Positions 27,113-39,065 of a DNA stretch of 64,000 nucleotides are shown piece after piece (position 1 is the first letter of the stretch; every line of letters begins with the position of its first letter). This DNA comes from Eledone cirrhosa (lineage: Eukaryota). The notes beneath the pieces are model-generated. The model did not search any database. It had not been told where the DNA came from and saw only the letters and a program-made list of their open reading frames with translations. The position numbers and the translations under genes were made by a program. Where the stretch lies: positions 126,294,001-126,358,000 of the forward strand of contig OZ024745.1 in the NCBI GenBank assembly GCA_964016885.1, written 5' to 3'.

Positions 27113-27545
27113 ACTAGCAGAGGTACCCGGCGTTGCTCGGGTATTAATAACAGTTGTGTATACCATTTATATCAATACTTCAGTGCTACTTCGAAAACTA
27201 TACTTTTATAAAATCATCGGCTTTTTCCAAAAGAGGGTTCCTGCCCCCAGGGGACCCCTACTCAATATGTGCCAATTCTCAGAGTTCACATTCATCTGTA
27301 GGACAAACGTAGCCCATGTGTCAAGTTTTGTGAAAATCGGTTGCGAACTCCAGAAGTTATGACGTTTTGTTGCATTGCACTGCAGTGCTTCAGTCGACTC
27401 CAAGGAAGTGGTTAAAGGGGGTTATCTGCCGGGAGGCCCTATAATCAATATCTGTAAAAATGAAAGTGCCCATGACCATCCGGAGTACATAAGTAACCTG
27501 TGTCTTAAGTTTGGTGAAAATACTGTAGAAATGCATAATGTTTAT
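27113..27545 (+). mobile_element. Helentron/HINE-like non-autonomous rolling-circle element
   Basis: Begins ACTAGCAGAGGTACCCGGCGTTGCTCGGGTA (subterminal hairpin), internal AAGTTTTGTGAAAATCGG-type motifs; related start at about 44253 (CTCGGCGTTGCCCGG). Confidence 0.55.
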
Positions 27546-28165
27546 ACACGCACGCGCTCGTGTGTGTGTGTGTGTGTGTGTGTGTTTGTGTGTGTGTGTT
27601 CGTGTGTGTGGGGGCGGGGTATGTATTTGTGTGTGCGTATGTATGTGTATGTCTGTCGGGGCATATGTATGTACTGGCGTAAATCTTCACTATTTACTTT
27701 TACTATTTTAATAACCTCTGTCATTTTCGTTTTCAATTTTATTTACATCATTATTAAACTCCGGGGCTGGAAATCATTCTGTTATGTTAAATAGAATATT
27801 AGTCTAACGGTTCCATTTATACCATAAACTTGGTCTTGCATGAAATTGTTCTTCTCGCTCCACATAACGACGTATTATCCTCGCTTTTTTTCCGTTCATT
27901 GCCAGGGAACGTTTTCACGAACCAAAATATCGTCTTCCTGTTTTCCTTCGGTTGGAACGTTTCTCGAAATATTTACTTCTGCGTTCACAGATTACTCTCA
28001 GTTCAATTGAATGTGAAATTCTTGTTTCATCGATTTTATATAATAACTAACACTTTAATTGTATCTCTCTCTGTCTAACGGCCTATCTCTCGCTTTTCCC
28101 CTCCCTCTGTTTATCTGTCTCTCTCTGTAGATGTGTGTGTGTAGTTTTCCTAATCTTTCTCTAAA

Positions 28166-28259
<94 letters not shown>

Positions 28260-28286
28260 TATATATTTATATATGTGTGTATGTAT

Positions 28287-28592
28287 TGCCAGCAATAAAC
28301 CAGTACATTACTGGTACTTTATTTTATCGACCCCGTAAGGATGAAAGGCAAAGTTAACCTCGGCGGGATTTGAACTCAGATAATAAAGGGACGTAACTCT
28401 ATTAATAATTGTTTCTACTTTAGGCACAAGGCCAGCAATTACCCAGTGCATTACTGGTACTTTATTTTATCGACGCCGTAAGGATGAAAGGCAAAGTCAA
28501 CCCCGGCGGGATTTGAACTCAGATCGTAAAGGGACTTAACTATGCTGGAAAGCATGGCGTCCGACCCTCTACCGATACTGCCAATCCACAGC
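28287..28592 (-). mobile_element. partial plus full SINE copies
   Basis: Partial copy at 28287-28400; young full-length copy at 28405-28592. Confidence 0.9.
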
Positions 28593-28700
28593 TTTAATAA
28601 TGATATTCGATTTGTTTGCAATTATGCAAACAGGATCTTGTATAAGCCATGTCAGTAGAATGAGCCCCTCATTCTCTCTCTTCTGTTGGCATGCAAACAG

Positions 28701-28749
28701 AACTGCAGACACTAATGTTTCTGGGTGATTACCCTTCATCAGTGCAGTT
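28701..28749 (-). ncRNA. minimal type I hammerhead ribozyme (best candidate)
   Basis: Minus: AACUGCA CUGAUGA A GGGU aauc ACCC A GAAAC AUUAGU GUC UGCAGUU; perfect 7-bp stem I, 4-bp stem II, GUC site. Confidence 0.8.
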
Positions 28750-28926
28750 TATTGCTTACCTGCCAATTGTCAGAGCTAGTGAAGATATATGATATTTTCT
28801 GAAATATACAGTGACTGATTTGCATATTAACAGACCCACTGATCATCCAGATTTGCATATCAGCAGATAGGCCAGTCAGTTTCATGTATATATATATTCT
28901 ATATTTGCTAGTTTAGTTATATTCAG

Positions 28927-28963
<37 letters not shown>

Positions 28964-29716
28964 GATAGATAGATATAGATATAGATATATAGATAGATAG
29001 ATATAGATATAGATATATAGATAGATAGATATAGATATAGATAAATATAGATAGATAGATATATAGACTCGTTATCCTCAGTCAACTTGGTTGTTTTATA
29101 TATATAGAGAGAGAGAGCGAGAGAGAGAGAGGGGGGGGGGGAAGAGAGAGAGAATATGGTACACAGACGCACATGAACCTAGACAGTACAGTAAGTAACA
29201 TATTCAACCACTGAATTTGCACAATGCAAATAGTAGGTGCTATGGGAAATAATCGAGCGAAACGAATGGCTGACAAATTTCCCACAAAGGAAATATTGAC
29301 TATTGACTACAATTTCATTTCGTCATATTGTGATGTTTCAGTTACTATTCAACTCATCAGTCGCTGTTGACCTAAAGAAAGTCACTCATTTAGTCACACA
29401 ATATATAGTAGTAGTTTTTGATATCATAAGCGGTTGGTATAGACATCAACCAGGAATAGACAAAGGAACGAAGTAGCTACTGTCATAGAAGAACTGTGAA
29501 AAATATGTGCTCTACTTGGGGGATATAAGCTGAGATGCCTGATACTTGTCAGGAGCTATATAGTAAGTAGACAAACATGACAACCACCCTAGGTACCATA
29601 TCTTCACTCATCTAAGCGAGATATTTAATCATTGGTAGTGCACATGAACTGTCAGTGCGTACCTTTAGGTCTAAGTGAATTATAAAAAAAGGAACGTAGT
29701 ATATGATATGTATGTA

Positions 29717-29815
<99 letters not shown>

Positions 29816-29835
29816 CTTAAATAAATAAATAGATA

Positions 29836-29915
<80 letters not shown>

Positions 29916-30032
29916 AGTATATTTGGCAATATACCGTATGTTTAATTAAAAACATTTTGAAGACCTTGCGCTATCATTTTTAAAGTACTAACTATGACAG
30001 TTCTTTTTTTTTTCGGCAAAAGAAGGGAGAGA

Positions 30033-30075
30033 AGCTAACAGAGTCTATTTCACACTGTTGGTGATCATCAGAGCC
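30033..30075 (-). ncRNA. minimal type I hammerhead ribozyme
   Basis: Minus: GGCU CUGAUGA U CAC caaca GUG U GAAA UAGACUCU GUU AGCU; short stem I. Confidence 0.55.
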
Positions 30076-30204
30076 GATATCATAGAAGCTGGATTCTTAT
30101 AGAATTCCAGTAATAATCACGAGAGCTGATTATACACAGCGATTGGCGGTCCAGCAAAATTTAGATATTAGGATTGGTACTCTGAAATAGCGAAGTATAC
30201 ATGA

Positions 30205-30293
<89 letters not shown>

Positions 30294-30642
30294 GAATAAA
30301 TAATATATATATATATAGCTCTTGTTCACGAACCTACTGCCTGCTACAAGAAAATGTATGACGAAAAGAAAAAAATAATAAGGCCTGTAAACATCACTTA
30401 ATAGGTTTTTCAGAAGAGTTTCAGAAGAGTTGAGAAGGTACAAGAACAAATGCCATCGAAATCAACTGGGGATAAAACAAATTCTGAAGCCGTTTTCAGC
30501 TCTTCTGATAACATTCCATCGCCATCTTTCACTTAACTTCAATACCCTTGAACGCATAGTCACTACCAGCAAGCAAATCAGTGTCGGGAATATAGAAAAT
30601 AACATTATGAAAAACTTCATTATTATTATTATTCATTATTAT

Positions 30643-30828
30643 TGGATTGGCAGTATCGGTAGAGAGTCGGACGCCATGCTTTGCAGAATAGTTACGTCCC
30701 TTTACGATCTGAGTTCAAATCCCGCCGAAGTTAACTTTGCCTTTCATCGTTACGGGGTCGATGAAATAAAGTACCAGTAATACACTGGGATAATTGCTGG
30801 CCTTGTGCCAAAAGTAGAAACAATTATT
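30643..30828 (+). mobile_element. SINE young
   Basis: Near-consensus. Confidence 0.9.
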
Positions 30829-30869
30829 AATTATCATTATGCTATTTATATCGTGGGGGCAGAGTTCTC

Positions 30870-31390
30870 AAAATAATCCTTCCAACAGGTCCTTTCAGAA
30901 GCAACCGTCTACCAACTGATCTGGCTGGGTCCCCAAGCGAAACCAGGCAGGCTCATGGATGTTATCCACCTATCATGCTCGGGGTGGGTCTACCTCTGGG
31001 TCTCCATCCAGTTGGTTTTGACCGTAAAATCTGTCCAGCCATTCTTTCCTGAGACATTCTAACCACATGCCCCCCCCCCATAGTATCAGTGCTGTGATCT
31101 CTGAATTCGGAGCAGTAGCGGCTCTACCTGGAGTGACTCTCATTTCGGCCGCTTATATTCACGATCGTATTCTTTCAGTCATTACCCAAGATTCATGTCC
31201 ATAGGTAAGGGTTGGCACGAATACCGAATTAAAGATAGGGAGTTTAGGTTTTACGCCTACCTCCCTTCTTCTGATTACTGAATGCTGAAGCTGGTGCATT
31301 ACAGACCCAACTCCTGCAATTCTTGCACTTAATTCAACCTCTTGCCTTGCGTCACTCGTGAACACAGCCCTAAGATACTTGAACTATTTC
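30870..31390 (-). pseudogene. RTE LINE (Rex3/Expander-like) fragment
   Basis: FKYLRAVFTSDARQEVELSARI...KLPIFNSVFVPTLTYGHESWVMTERIRS; downstream GHVVRM...PTGWRPRGRP. Confidence 0.8.
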
Positions 31391-31733
31391 TTCTTTCTAT
31401 ATTTTTCCTCCTGTGGCTAAGCACTCGTGCACCATTCTCCTCCGCTTCTTTGTCAGTTGACGGACTTGGGATACTTTTACATCAATATGTAATTGCCGAA
31501 AGGTATAAATTGTCTTATCTTTGTTTCTACCTCTTTTGTTACGTCCTAAGGTGAACATAAATGAACAGCATCCACCATTAATTCACGAAACTGTGGTGGT
31601 GTCTAGAAGTTGACTGAGGAGATGGGACTATCCGATTTTCCCTTGTATTTGTTCATTTGTTTTTGACCTGTGTACTCCTTGTTTTGAAAACACACACACA
31701 CATATATATATATGTTTGTATGTATGCATATAA

Positions 31734-31804
<71 letters not shown>

Positions 31805-31816
31805 TTAGACTTTTTT

Positions 31817-31867
31817 AGTTTCAGAAGATCCCGTTAAGGGTGAAAGCAGCGATTCTTTGCTTAAACT
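31817..31867 (+). ncRNA. type I hammerhead-like motif, U4A variant
   Basis: Reverse complement of 20847-20897. Confidence 0.5.
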
Positions 31868-32586
31868 TTAATCTGTTATTTTAATAAATATTTGCTCTAC
31901 GGTTCTTATATATCTGATACATATTTATCCTTGGAGCCCTCTTTGGATTTTAGTCTTCAAATTTATTATTATTACTATATATATATATATATATCCCTCT
32001 CTCTCTCTCTCTATATATATATATATCCCTCTCTCTCGATATATATATATATATATCCCTCTCTCTTTCTATATATATATATATATATCCCTCTCTCGAT
32101 ATATATAGATATATATACACATACACACGCAGAAGAAAAGTTGTACACACACCGGCTATCGATCTGTCTCACCTCGTATCTATTGTTCTTATCTTCAGCG
32201 AAAGTACACTTCACATAGAAAATATTACAACAAATATTTTGCAGTTGATGCAAGAATTCCCCTCAAGCTCCAATTGTTCTCATTCTCTCCCGTAAACCGC
32301 TTTTCTCAATAACAGACGTTTATTTCTATTTCACAATAAACCTATTATTACTCCTCTATTACTAGTGTTTCTTCGCGGATGTTATCTTACGATGGCAAAA
32401 TATAAGCAAATGAAAAAAAGAAAACGTAAACATAGTTCGTTTCACATTCGCAATCGTTTCGCTAATTCCACAAATTACTTCTTTCCATCTCTCTTTCCAT
32501 GTATGTATGTATGTACGTATATATGTTTGTATGTTTGTGTGTATGTATGTATGCATGCATGTATGCATGTATGCATGTATACATGC

Positions 32587-32646
<60 letters not shown>

Positions 32647-32753
32647 GAAGTTAATATGCCCGTGGGTAAGGGCCAAAAGAATAGGTAAATATTTAAATTA
32701 TATTTTTTAATTTATTTTGAAAAATTGGTTGAATTCTGCTTGTTATGCTTATC

Positions 32754-32793
<40 letters not shown>

Positions 32794-32797
<4 letters not shown>

Positions 32798-32994
32798 AAA
32801 ATGTGTAACCCCGACGGCAGAGCTCAAGCCGTTTCGACGGCTATTTCTGGACCCTGCGTCCAGAAATAGCCGTCGATACGGCTTGAGCTCTGCCGTCGGG
32901 GGTTAAACACTTTCCTATTACCCACTCTACTACCCTAAGTATTGAGTACTCTGGTGCGTTATGGTCCATCTGGTTCCTTGCCACACCTCCTTCG

Positions 32995-32997
<3 letters not shown>
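32794..32997 (+). mobile_element. TA-embedded foldback element
   Basis: About 60-bp-arm hairpin at 32793-32918 plus the conserved tail; (TA)n on both sides. Confidence 0.85.
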
Positions 32998-33068
<71 letters not shown>

Positions 33069-33119
33069 ATTAATTCAAATATGTAAAATTTGACTTCATT
33101 TATTATAAATTATAGATAT

Positions 33120-33174
33120 ACTGCTATATATATTTTGGTGACAGCCATCATTGGCTGTGAACTCTTCAGGCAGT
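33120..33174 (-). ncRNA. decayed type I hammerhead (G12A)
   Basis: Minus: ACUGC CUGAAGA GUUC ACAGCCA auga UGGCUGU CACC AAAA UAUAUA UA GCAGU. Confidence 0.55.
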
Positions 33175-33429
33175 CCGAATTGGTGTGGAAAAGACAGGTA
33201 CACATGTTGTTGAAGTGTGTTTTACTCCGTCAATACATCGATATGTCCAGCTCCTGGTTGTGTTGTTATTCCTCTGAGGAACTGGAATCATATCTGAGGT
33301 GTAGATAATGAACCAACATATACTAAAAAAATATATATATGTGCATGTATGTACGTGTGTAAATATGTGTATACATATAAACATGTGTATATATATATGT
33401 GTATACTTGTATGCATATGTATATGTATG

Positions 33430-33945
33430 CGAGGGGACATAGAAATAGTCGGGCTGGATACCTGATCGCGTGGTTAAACCACTGGTAGTGAAGGACCCCT
33501 TAGCCTTTTTCAGGGCATTCTTCTAGGAGAAAGCAACTCAGGAAACTGGGATAACTCCGATATAAATCCTGTGACTCAGTAGTTACCGATGATGTTGATC
33601 TTTTCTTCTTTTCGGGTTATAGCTACTGTCGCTCAGAGAGTGGGATTGGCTCAGTGCACAGTCTTTCCTCACTTTAAAACGAATCTTCCCGCACAGGCAT
33701 TGCACGGTAGCAATAATTAATTAATTGTTTCTACTTTAGGCACAAGGCCAGCAAATTATCAGTTCATTACTGGTACTTTATTTTATCGACCCAGTAAGGA
33801 TGAAAGGCAAAGTCAACCTCGGCGGGATTTGAACTCAGATTGTAAAGGGACGTAACTATGCTGGAAAGCATGGCGTCCGACCCTCTACTGATACTGCCAA
33901 TCCACCGGTGCAATGGCCATACTCGATAACAAGGGGGCAGCATCA
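33430..33945 (+). mobile_element. RTE-derived non-autonomous element interrupted by a SINE (33722-33907, minus)
   Basis: Reverse-complement match to 17690-18040; SINE inserted between GCACGGTAGCA and GTGCAATGG. Confidence 0.7.
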
Positions 33946-34298
33946 TGTATGTACGTATGCATATATGCATGCATGCATACATGTATGTATATCCGTTTGC
34001 ATATGTATGTATGTATGTATGTATGTATGTTTGTATGTATGTATGTATGTATGTATGTATATATGTATGTATGTTTGCATATGTCTTCGCATTTATAACG
34101 AGGATATTTTACTGTTCAAAGCGAATTAGCGAGGGCTCGGAATAAACGTAAAAATGTCAAATTCAGAGCAATAAATCAGGTAGTGATACAGTTAAAACAA
34201 TGAGACACATTCGGGCAACATATTTCAATAAAACAATTACATTACCCAATTTCCTAACTGAGTGAAACACATCTGGTTTGTGCCAGCCAGATCACAGT

Positions 34299-34465
34299 AA
34301 TAATTGTTTCTACTTTTGGCACAAGGCCAGCAATTACCCCAGTGTATTACTGGTACTTTATTTTATCGACCCCGTAAGGATGAAAGGCAAAGTTAACCTC
34401 GGCGGGATTTGAACTCAGAATGGCAAGGGCCGTAACTCTATGCGTCAAAGCATGGTGCCCGACTA
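34299..34465 (-). mobile_element. SINE, 5'-truncated
   Basis: Core and tail intact. Confidence 0.85.
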
Positions 34466-35118
34466 TTGATAAATATTTCTTGCTTGGGCAAATAAACGGA
34501 GGTTTTTACATTACTGGTACATTTATAAGAAGACGTAGGAAGTTAAGACACAGAAGGTAACTGCGATTACAATCAGTTGCGATAAAATAGCTTATAAATA
34601 TCAGGAAAAGTCTCTCCTAGAGAAGTAAGAATGTTTAGCGGCAACATTTTTCCGTCTCTATGGGTCTTTATCCGATTTTTTTATGCTGTTTTATAGCAAC
34701 TGGCTGTAATTGTAGTTATTTCCTACAACTTTTACATTTATTTCATTGGCAATTAGTAACTTCGAAAGTTGGAGCCTCGCACACTATGGCATATAATTTA
34801 ATCGATCTCAGAAGCAAGAAAGATAAACTCAACCTTAGCGGGTTTGGAACTGAGAATGCAGAGAGATAATACCTGAGAATCATTTAGCTCGCTGCTCTAC
34901 AATTTCTGCCAACTTTTTGCCATAAGGTTAATGTGAAGAATATCAGTAAAAATGACACAAACGATAGCAATTTGTTTAAGTATGTTCTCGATCAATGCTG
35001 TATATCACCACCAAGGAACTATTAACCATTATGATATAACAATTACATCAGAACAGTATTCAGTAGCAAGCAGATTAGCTGAGAGAAACAGTTGTGTGAG
35101 TGTGTATGTGTATGCATC

Positions 35119-35157
<39 letters not shown>

Positions 35158-35500
35158 AGAGGAAGGAAACAGTCAGTAGCTAGTAAAATGCCTGCTAGGG
35201 TTGAAGAATTGCTGACGATTTTACTCTATATATCAATAGCATCTATCTCTCTATCTCTCTATCTCTCTATCTATCTATCTATCTATCTGTCTGTCTATCT
35301 GTCTGACTGTCTGTCTATCTGTCTGTCTGTCTGTGTATCTATCTATCTATCTGTTTACCTAATTACCTCTCTACCTCCCTCCCTAACTATCTATTCGTCT
35401 GTCCGTTTATATTGCTAATCATCTATTTATCTATTCATCCACCCATCCTTATGTCTATCTATTCATCTCTCCATCCATCTATCTACCTTTACACACACAC

Positions 35501-35578
<78 letters not shown>

Positions 35579-35925
35579 ATAACTGGAGATACATGGCTCA
35601 AGTGTCGAGGCGTATACATGTTATTAAAAGTCAATCTAATGATGCTTTTGTTTGGCTTGTCTTGAGGTGGATTACGTGGTCAGGGCAGCATGGAGTGACG
35701 TAATGTGATGTGTCAATTTTCTGTTGTTAATTAGTTAAGTCACTGAATATTTAAAATGAAAGTAATTGGCTAGAAATTATAGGTAGAAAGAGAAAAGGAA
35801 GCAAGGTGACTGTAACATATACTCACTAAAACGCATGCATACATAGGTACACATTCACACATCTACACAAACGAACTTATACATAAACACACCTATACAA
35901 TGACATACACGAAAGCAAATACACA

Positions 35926-36740
35926 CGCTTAAACCATGCATATATACGGGTTCATATATACATGCTTAAACCACACACATATACGGGCTCAATTATACAG
36001 GCTTAAACCACCCACATATACAGATTCAATTATACACGCTTAAACCACCCACAAATACGGGTTCAATTATACAGGCTTAAACCACACACATATAAAGGTT
36101 CAATTATACACGCTTAAAGCACCCACATATACGGGTTCAATTATACAGGCTTAAACCACCCACATATACAGATTCAATTCTACACGCTTAAACCACCCAC
36201 AAATACGGGTTCAATTATACAGCCTTAAACCACCCACATATACAGGTTCAATTATACACGCTTAAACCACCCACATATACGGGTTCAATTATACAGGCTT
36301 AAACCACCCATATATACGGGTTCAATTATACAGGATTAAAACACCCATATATGCGGGTTCAATTATACAGGATTAAAACACCCACATATACGGGTTCAAT
36401 TATACAGACTTAAACCACATACATATACAGGTTCAATTCTACAGGCTTAAACCACCCACATATACCGGTTCAATTATACAGACTTAAACCACATACATAT
36501 ACAGGTTCAATTCTACAGGCTTAAACCACACACATATACGGGTTCAATTATACAGGCTTAAACCACCCCCATATATGGGTTCAATTATACACGCTTAAAC
36601 CACACAAATATACGTGTTCAATTATACACGATTAAGCCACACACATAAACCTAAATCACCCACATATACGGTTTCAATTATACAGGCTTAAACCACCACA
36701 CACATAAAATTGTTCAAATATACACGCTTAAACCGCCCAC
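35926..36740. repeat. 37-bp minisatellite, about 21 copies
   Basis: Unit GCTTAAACCACCCACATATACGGGTTCAATTATACAG. Confidence 0.95.
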
Positions 36741-37134
36741 ATACAAGCATACACTATAGCTGAAGCCTGTTTATTAACTCAATAGAGATTATATAGATTT
36801 GCTTGAAGGTTTTAATAATGAAATCTTGCAAGTATTACATTCAGTTTGATGGACCGAAATTGAAAATTCAGCTTGCCTTTGTTTGGTTTTAGATGGTATA
36901 TTCTATGGTTGATAAATTGAATAGAACATGTTTGTAGGTAATTCGAAATAATATTCAGCTTTAAGAATTTAATTATACATTTATGTTGAAAATAGGCAGC
37001 CATACTTAGTAAAAGTACAAATCATATATGGTTTCTTATATAGGCACAAGGCCAGCACTTTTGGAGGAAGGGAAAGTCGATTAAATCGACCCCAGTGCAT
37101 AACTGGTACTTTATTAGTACAAATAATATATGTA

Positions 37135-37400
37135 ACACAGGTTCTGCTGCACGTCGTGCTGAGGGGGGCCAAACTCCTCAAATACCTGTCGCTCTCCGAC
37201 AGGTTTGCGGTCGTTCCCCTGGGAGTGGAAACTTCTGGTGTCCTCGGCCCCAGAGCTACCTCCTTACTCACCACCACAGGCGCTGAGCTGGCCAGCCGCA
37301 GGTGTGAGCCCCGCGAGTTGGAGTGGCCTTTCCAGCGCGTCTACCTTGCCGTCCTCCGAGGAAACGCCTTCTCCATTCTGTCCGCCGGGGCTGTGGGTGG
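37135..37400 (+). pseudogene. CRE-clade (restriction-like endonuclease) LINE C-terminal fragment
   Basis: K..KYLSL...VVPLGVETSGVLGPRA...QRVYLAVLRGNAFSIL matches the KY...P.AVET.G..G...QR.S.A.QRGNA signature; GC-rich island. Confidence 0.75.
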
Positions 37401-37469
37401 GCCCCATCGCGTACCAATACATTAGTTAAATACCATTCTTTCATCGTTACAACTTATATCCACATTAAT

Positions 37470-37885
37470 GATGTACACATATATGTACACACAAATATGT
37501 ACACACATATATGTACACACAAATATGTACACACAAATATGTACACACAAATATGTACACACAAATATGTACACACAAATATGTACCTCAAATATGTACA
37601 CACATATATGTACACACAAATATGTACACACATATATGTACACACATATATGTACACACAAATATGTACACACATATATGTACACACATATATGTACACA
37701 CATATATGTACACACATATATGTACACACAAATATGTACACACAAATATGTACACACAAATATGTACACACAAATATGTACACACAAATATGTACACACA
37801 TATATGTACACACAAATATGTACACACATATATGTACACACATATATGTACACACAAATATGTACACACATATATGTACACACAT
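37470..37885. repeat. 14-bp minisatellite, about 29 copies
   Basis: Unit TATGTACACACA(A/T)A. Confidence 0.95.
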
Positions 37886-38152
37886 ATCTATCTATATACG
37901 TACATCAATATACCTACATACCAACACATACACATACACACGCGTGTGTGTGTGTATGTGTATGTGTGTGTGTGTGCGTGTGTGTGTGTCTGTGTCTCTG
38001 TGTGTCTGTGTGTGTGTGTGTGTCTGTATCTATGTGTGTCTATGTCTCTCTGTGTGTGTCTGTGTCTCTCTGTCTGCGTGTGTATCTGTGTGTGTGTGTG
38101 TGTGTGTCTGTGTCTGTGTCTGTGTGTGTGTGGTGTGTGTGTGTCTGTGTCT

Positions 38153-38222
<70 letters not shown>

Positions 38223-38689
38223 CGAAATCATCACTGGGTTATATTTTCTTTGTTTACGAATATGTCCCAAAACCTGGAAAGATGAATTATAAAGTTAACC
38301 TTGGCCAGATTTGAATTTGAAAGTTAAAGGTAGGAAAATAAAAGCAGGGGTTTCTGCTAATCCCCGGCTACTTTCTACCAGTAGGAGTAAAATAATGTCG
38401 TTTTCTTTTCTCTTCGCATAAATTTCAATATGGACGAATGGAAACTATGAGATAGTGTTGGTTACTGTGTAATATCACAACATTGATTGTATGTATGGAC
38501 ACGTATATCCTGGTAGAATAGTAAAGGTCACATAATAGTCACATAAGGCTTTTCTAGGGCATTTTAAACCTGGTACACCTCGTCTTGTACCCAGGTCTGG
38601 ACACAGCCAATTCCTTCCAGAGAAGAAGAAGAAGAAGAAGAAGAAGAAGAAGAAGAATCGACCTTAGTGATTGATTGGTACTATGCTTC

Positions 38690-38885
38690 GATACTATGGG
38701 TATGTGGTTAGAATATCCCAGGAAAGAATCGCTGGGCAGATTTTACGGGTAAAACCAACCGGCATAGGACCCAAAGGATGGACCCTCAGCAAGATGGTTG
38801 GGTAACATCCATGAGCTTACAGGGACTCGCTGCAAGGAATATTTAACGACTCTGACCCCCACGACCATCCCAAGAAGAAGAGGAA
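38690..38885 (+). pseudogene. RTE (Rex3-like) 3' fragment
   Basis: YYGYVVRISQERIAGQILRVKPTG; matches the 30870 family; GAA tail. Confidence 0.65.
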
Positions 38886-38899
38886 GAGTGTGTGTGATA

Positions 38900-39065
38900 G
38901 AGAAGAAAATTGACTCTGGTGATGGACTGGTGCTTCATTTATCGTCACCGCAAGGATGAAACACAAAATTGACCTCGGCGTTATTTGAACTCAGCGCAGA
39001 AAGCTGAAATCGATACCGCAACATGTCTAACCAGCATTCTGACGAATCGAACCGTTAGCCGTCTT
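38900..39065 (-). mobile_element. old SINE copy whose 5' head seeds the adjacent array
   Basis: Minus GAGTTCAAATAACGCCGAGGTCAATTTTGTGTTTCATCCTTGCGG. Confidence 0.7.

Noticed and set aside
29325-29370. Minus-strand CTGATGA...GAAAC motif (similar weak cases near 17150-17190 and 42115-42175)
   Set aside because: No NUH site with a matching stem I, or the GAAA is disrupted; too decayed to call.
37323-38314. Longest ORFs (267-299 aa)
   Set aside because: Translations of the 14-bp minisatellite and (GT)n; the same applies to the other YI/CV/HT-rich ORFs.
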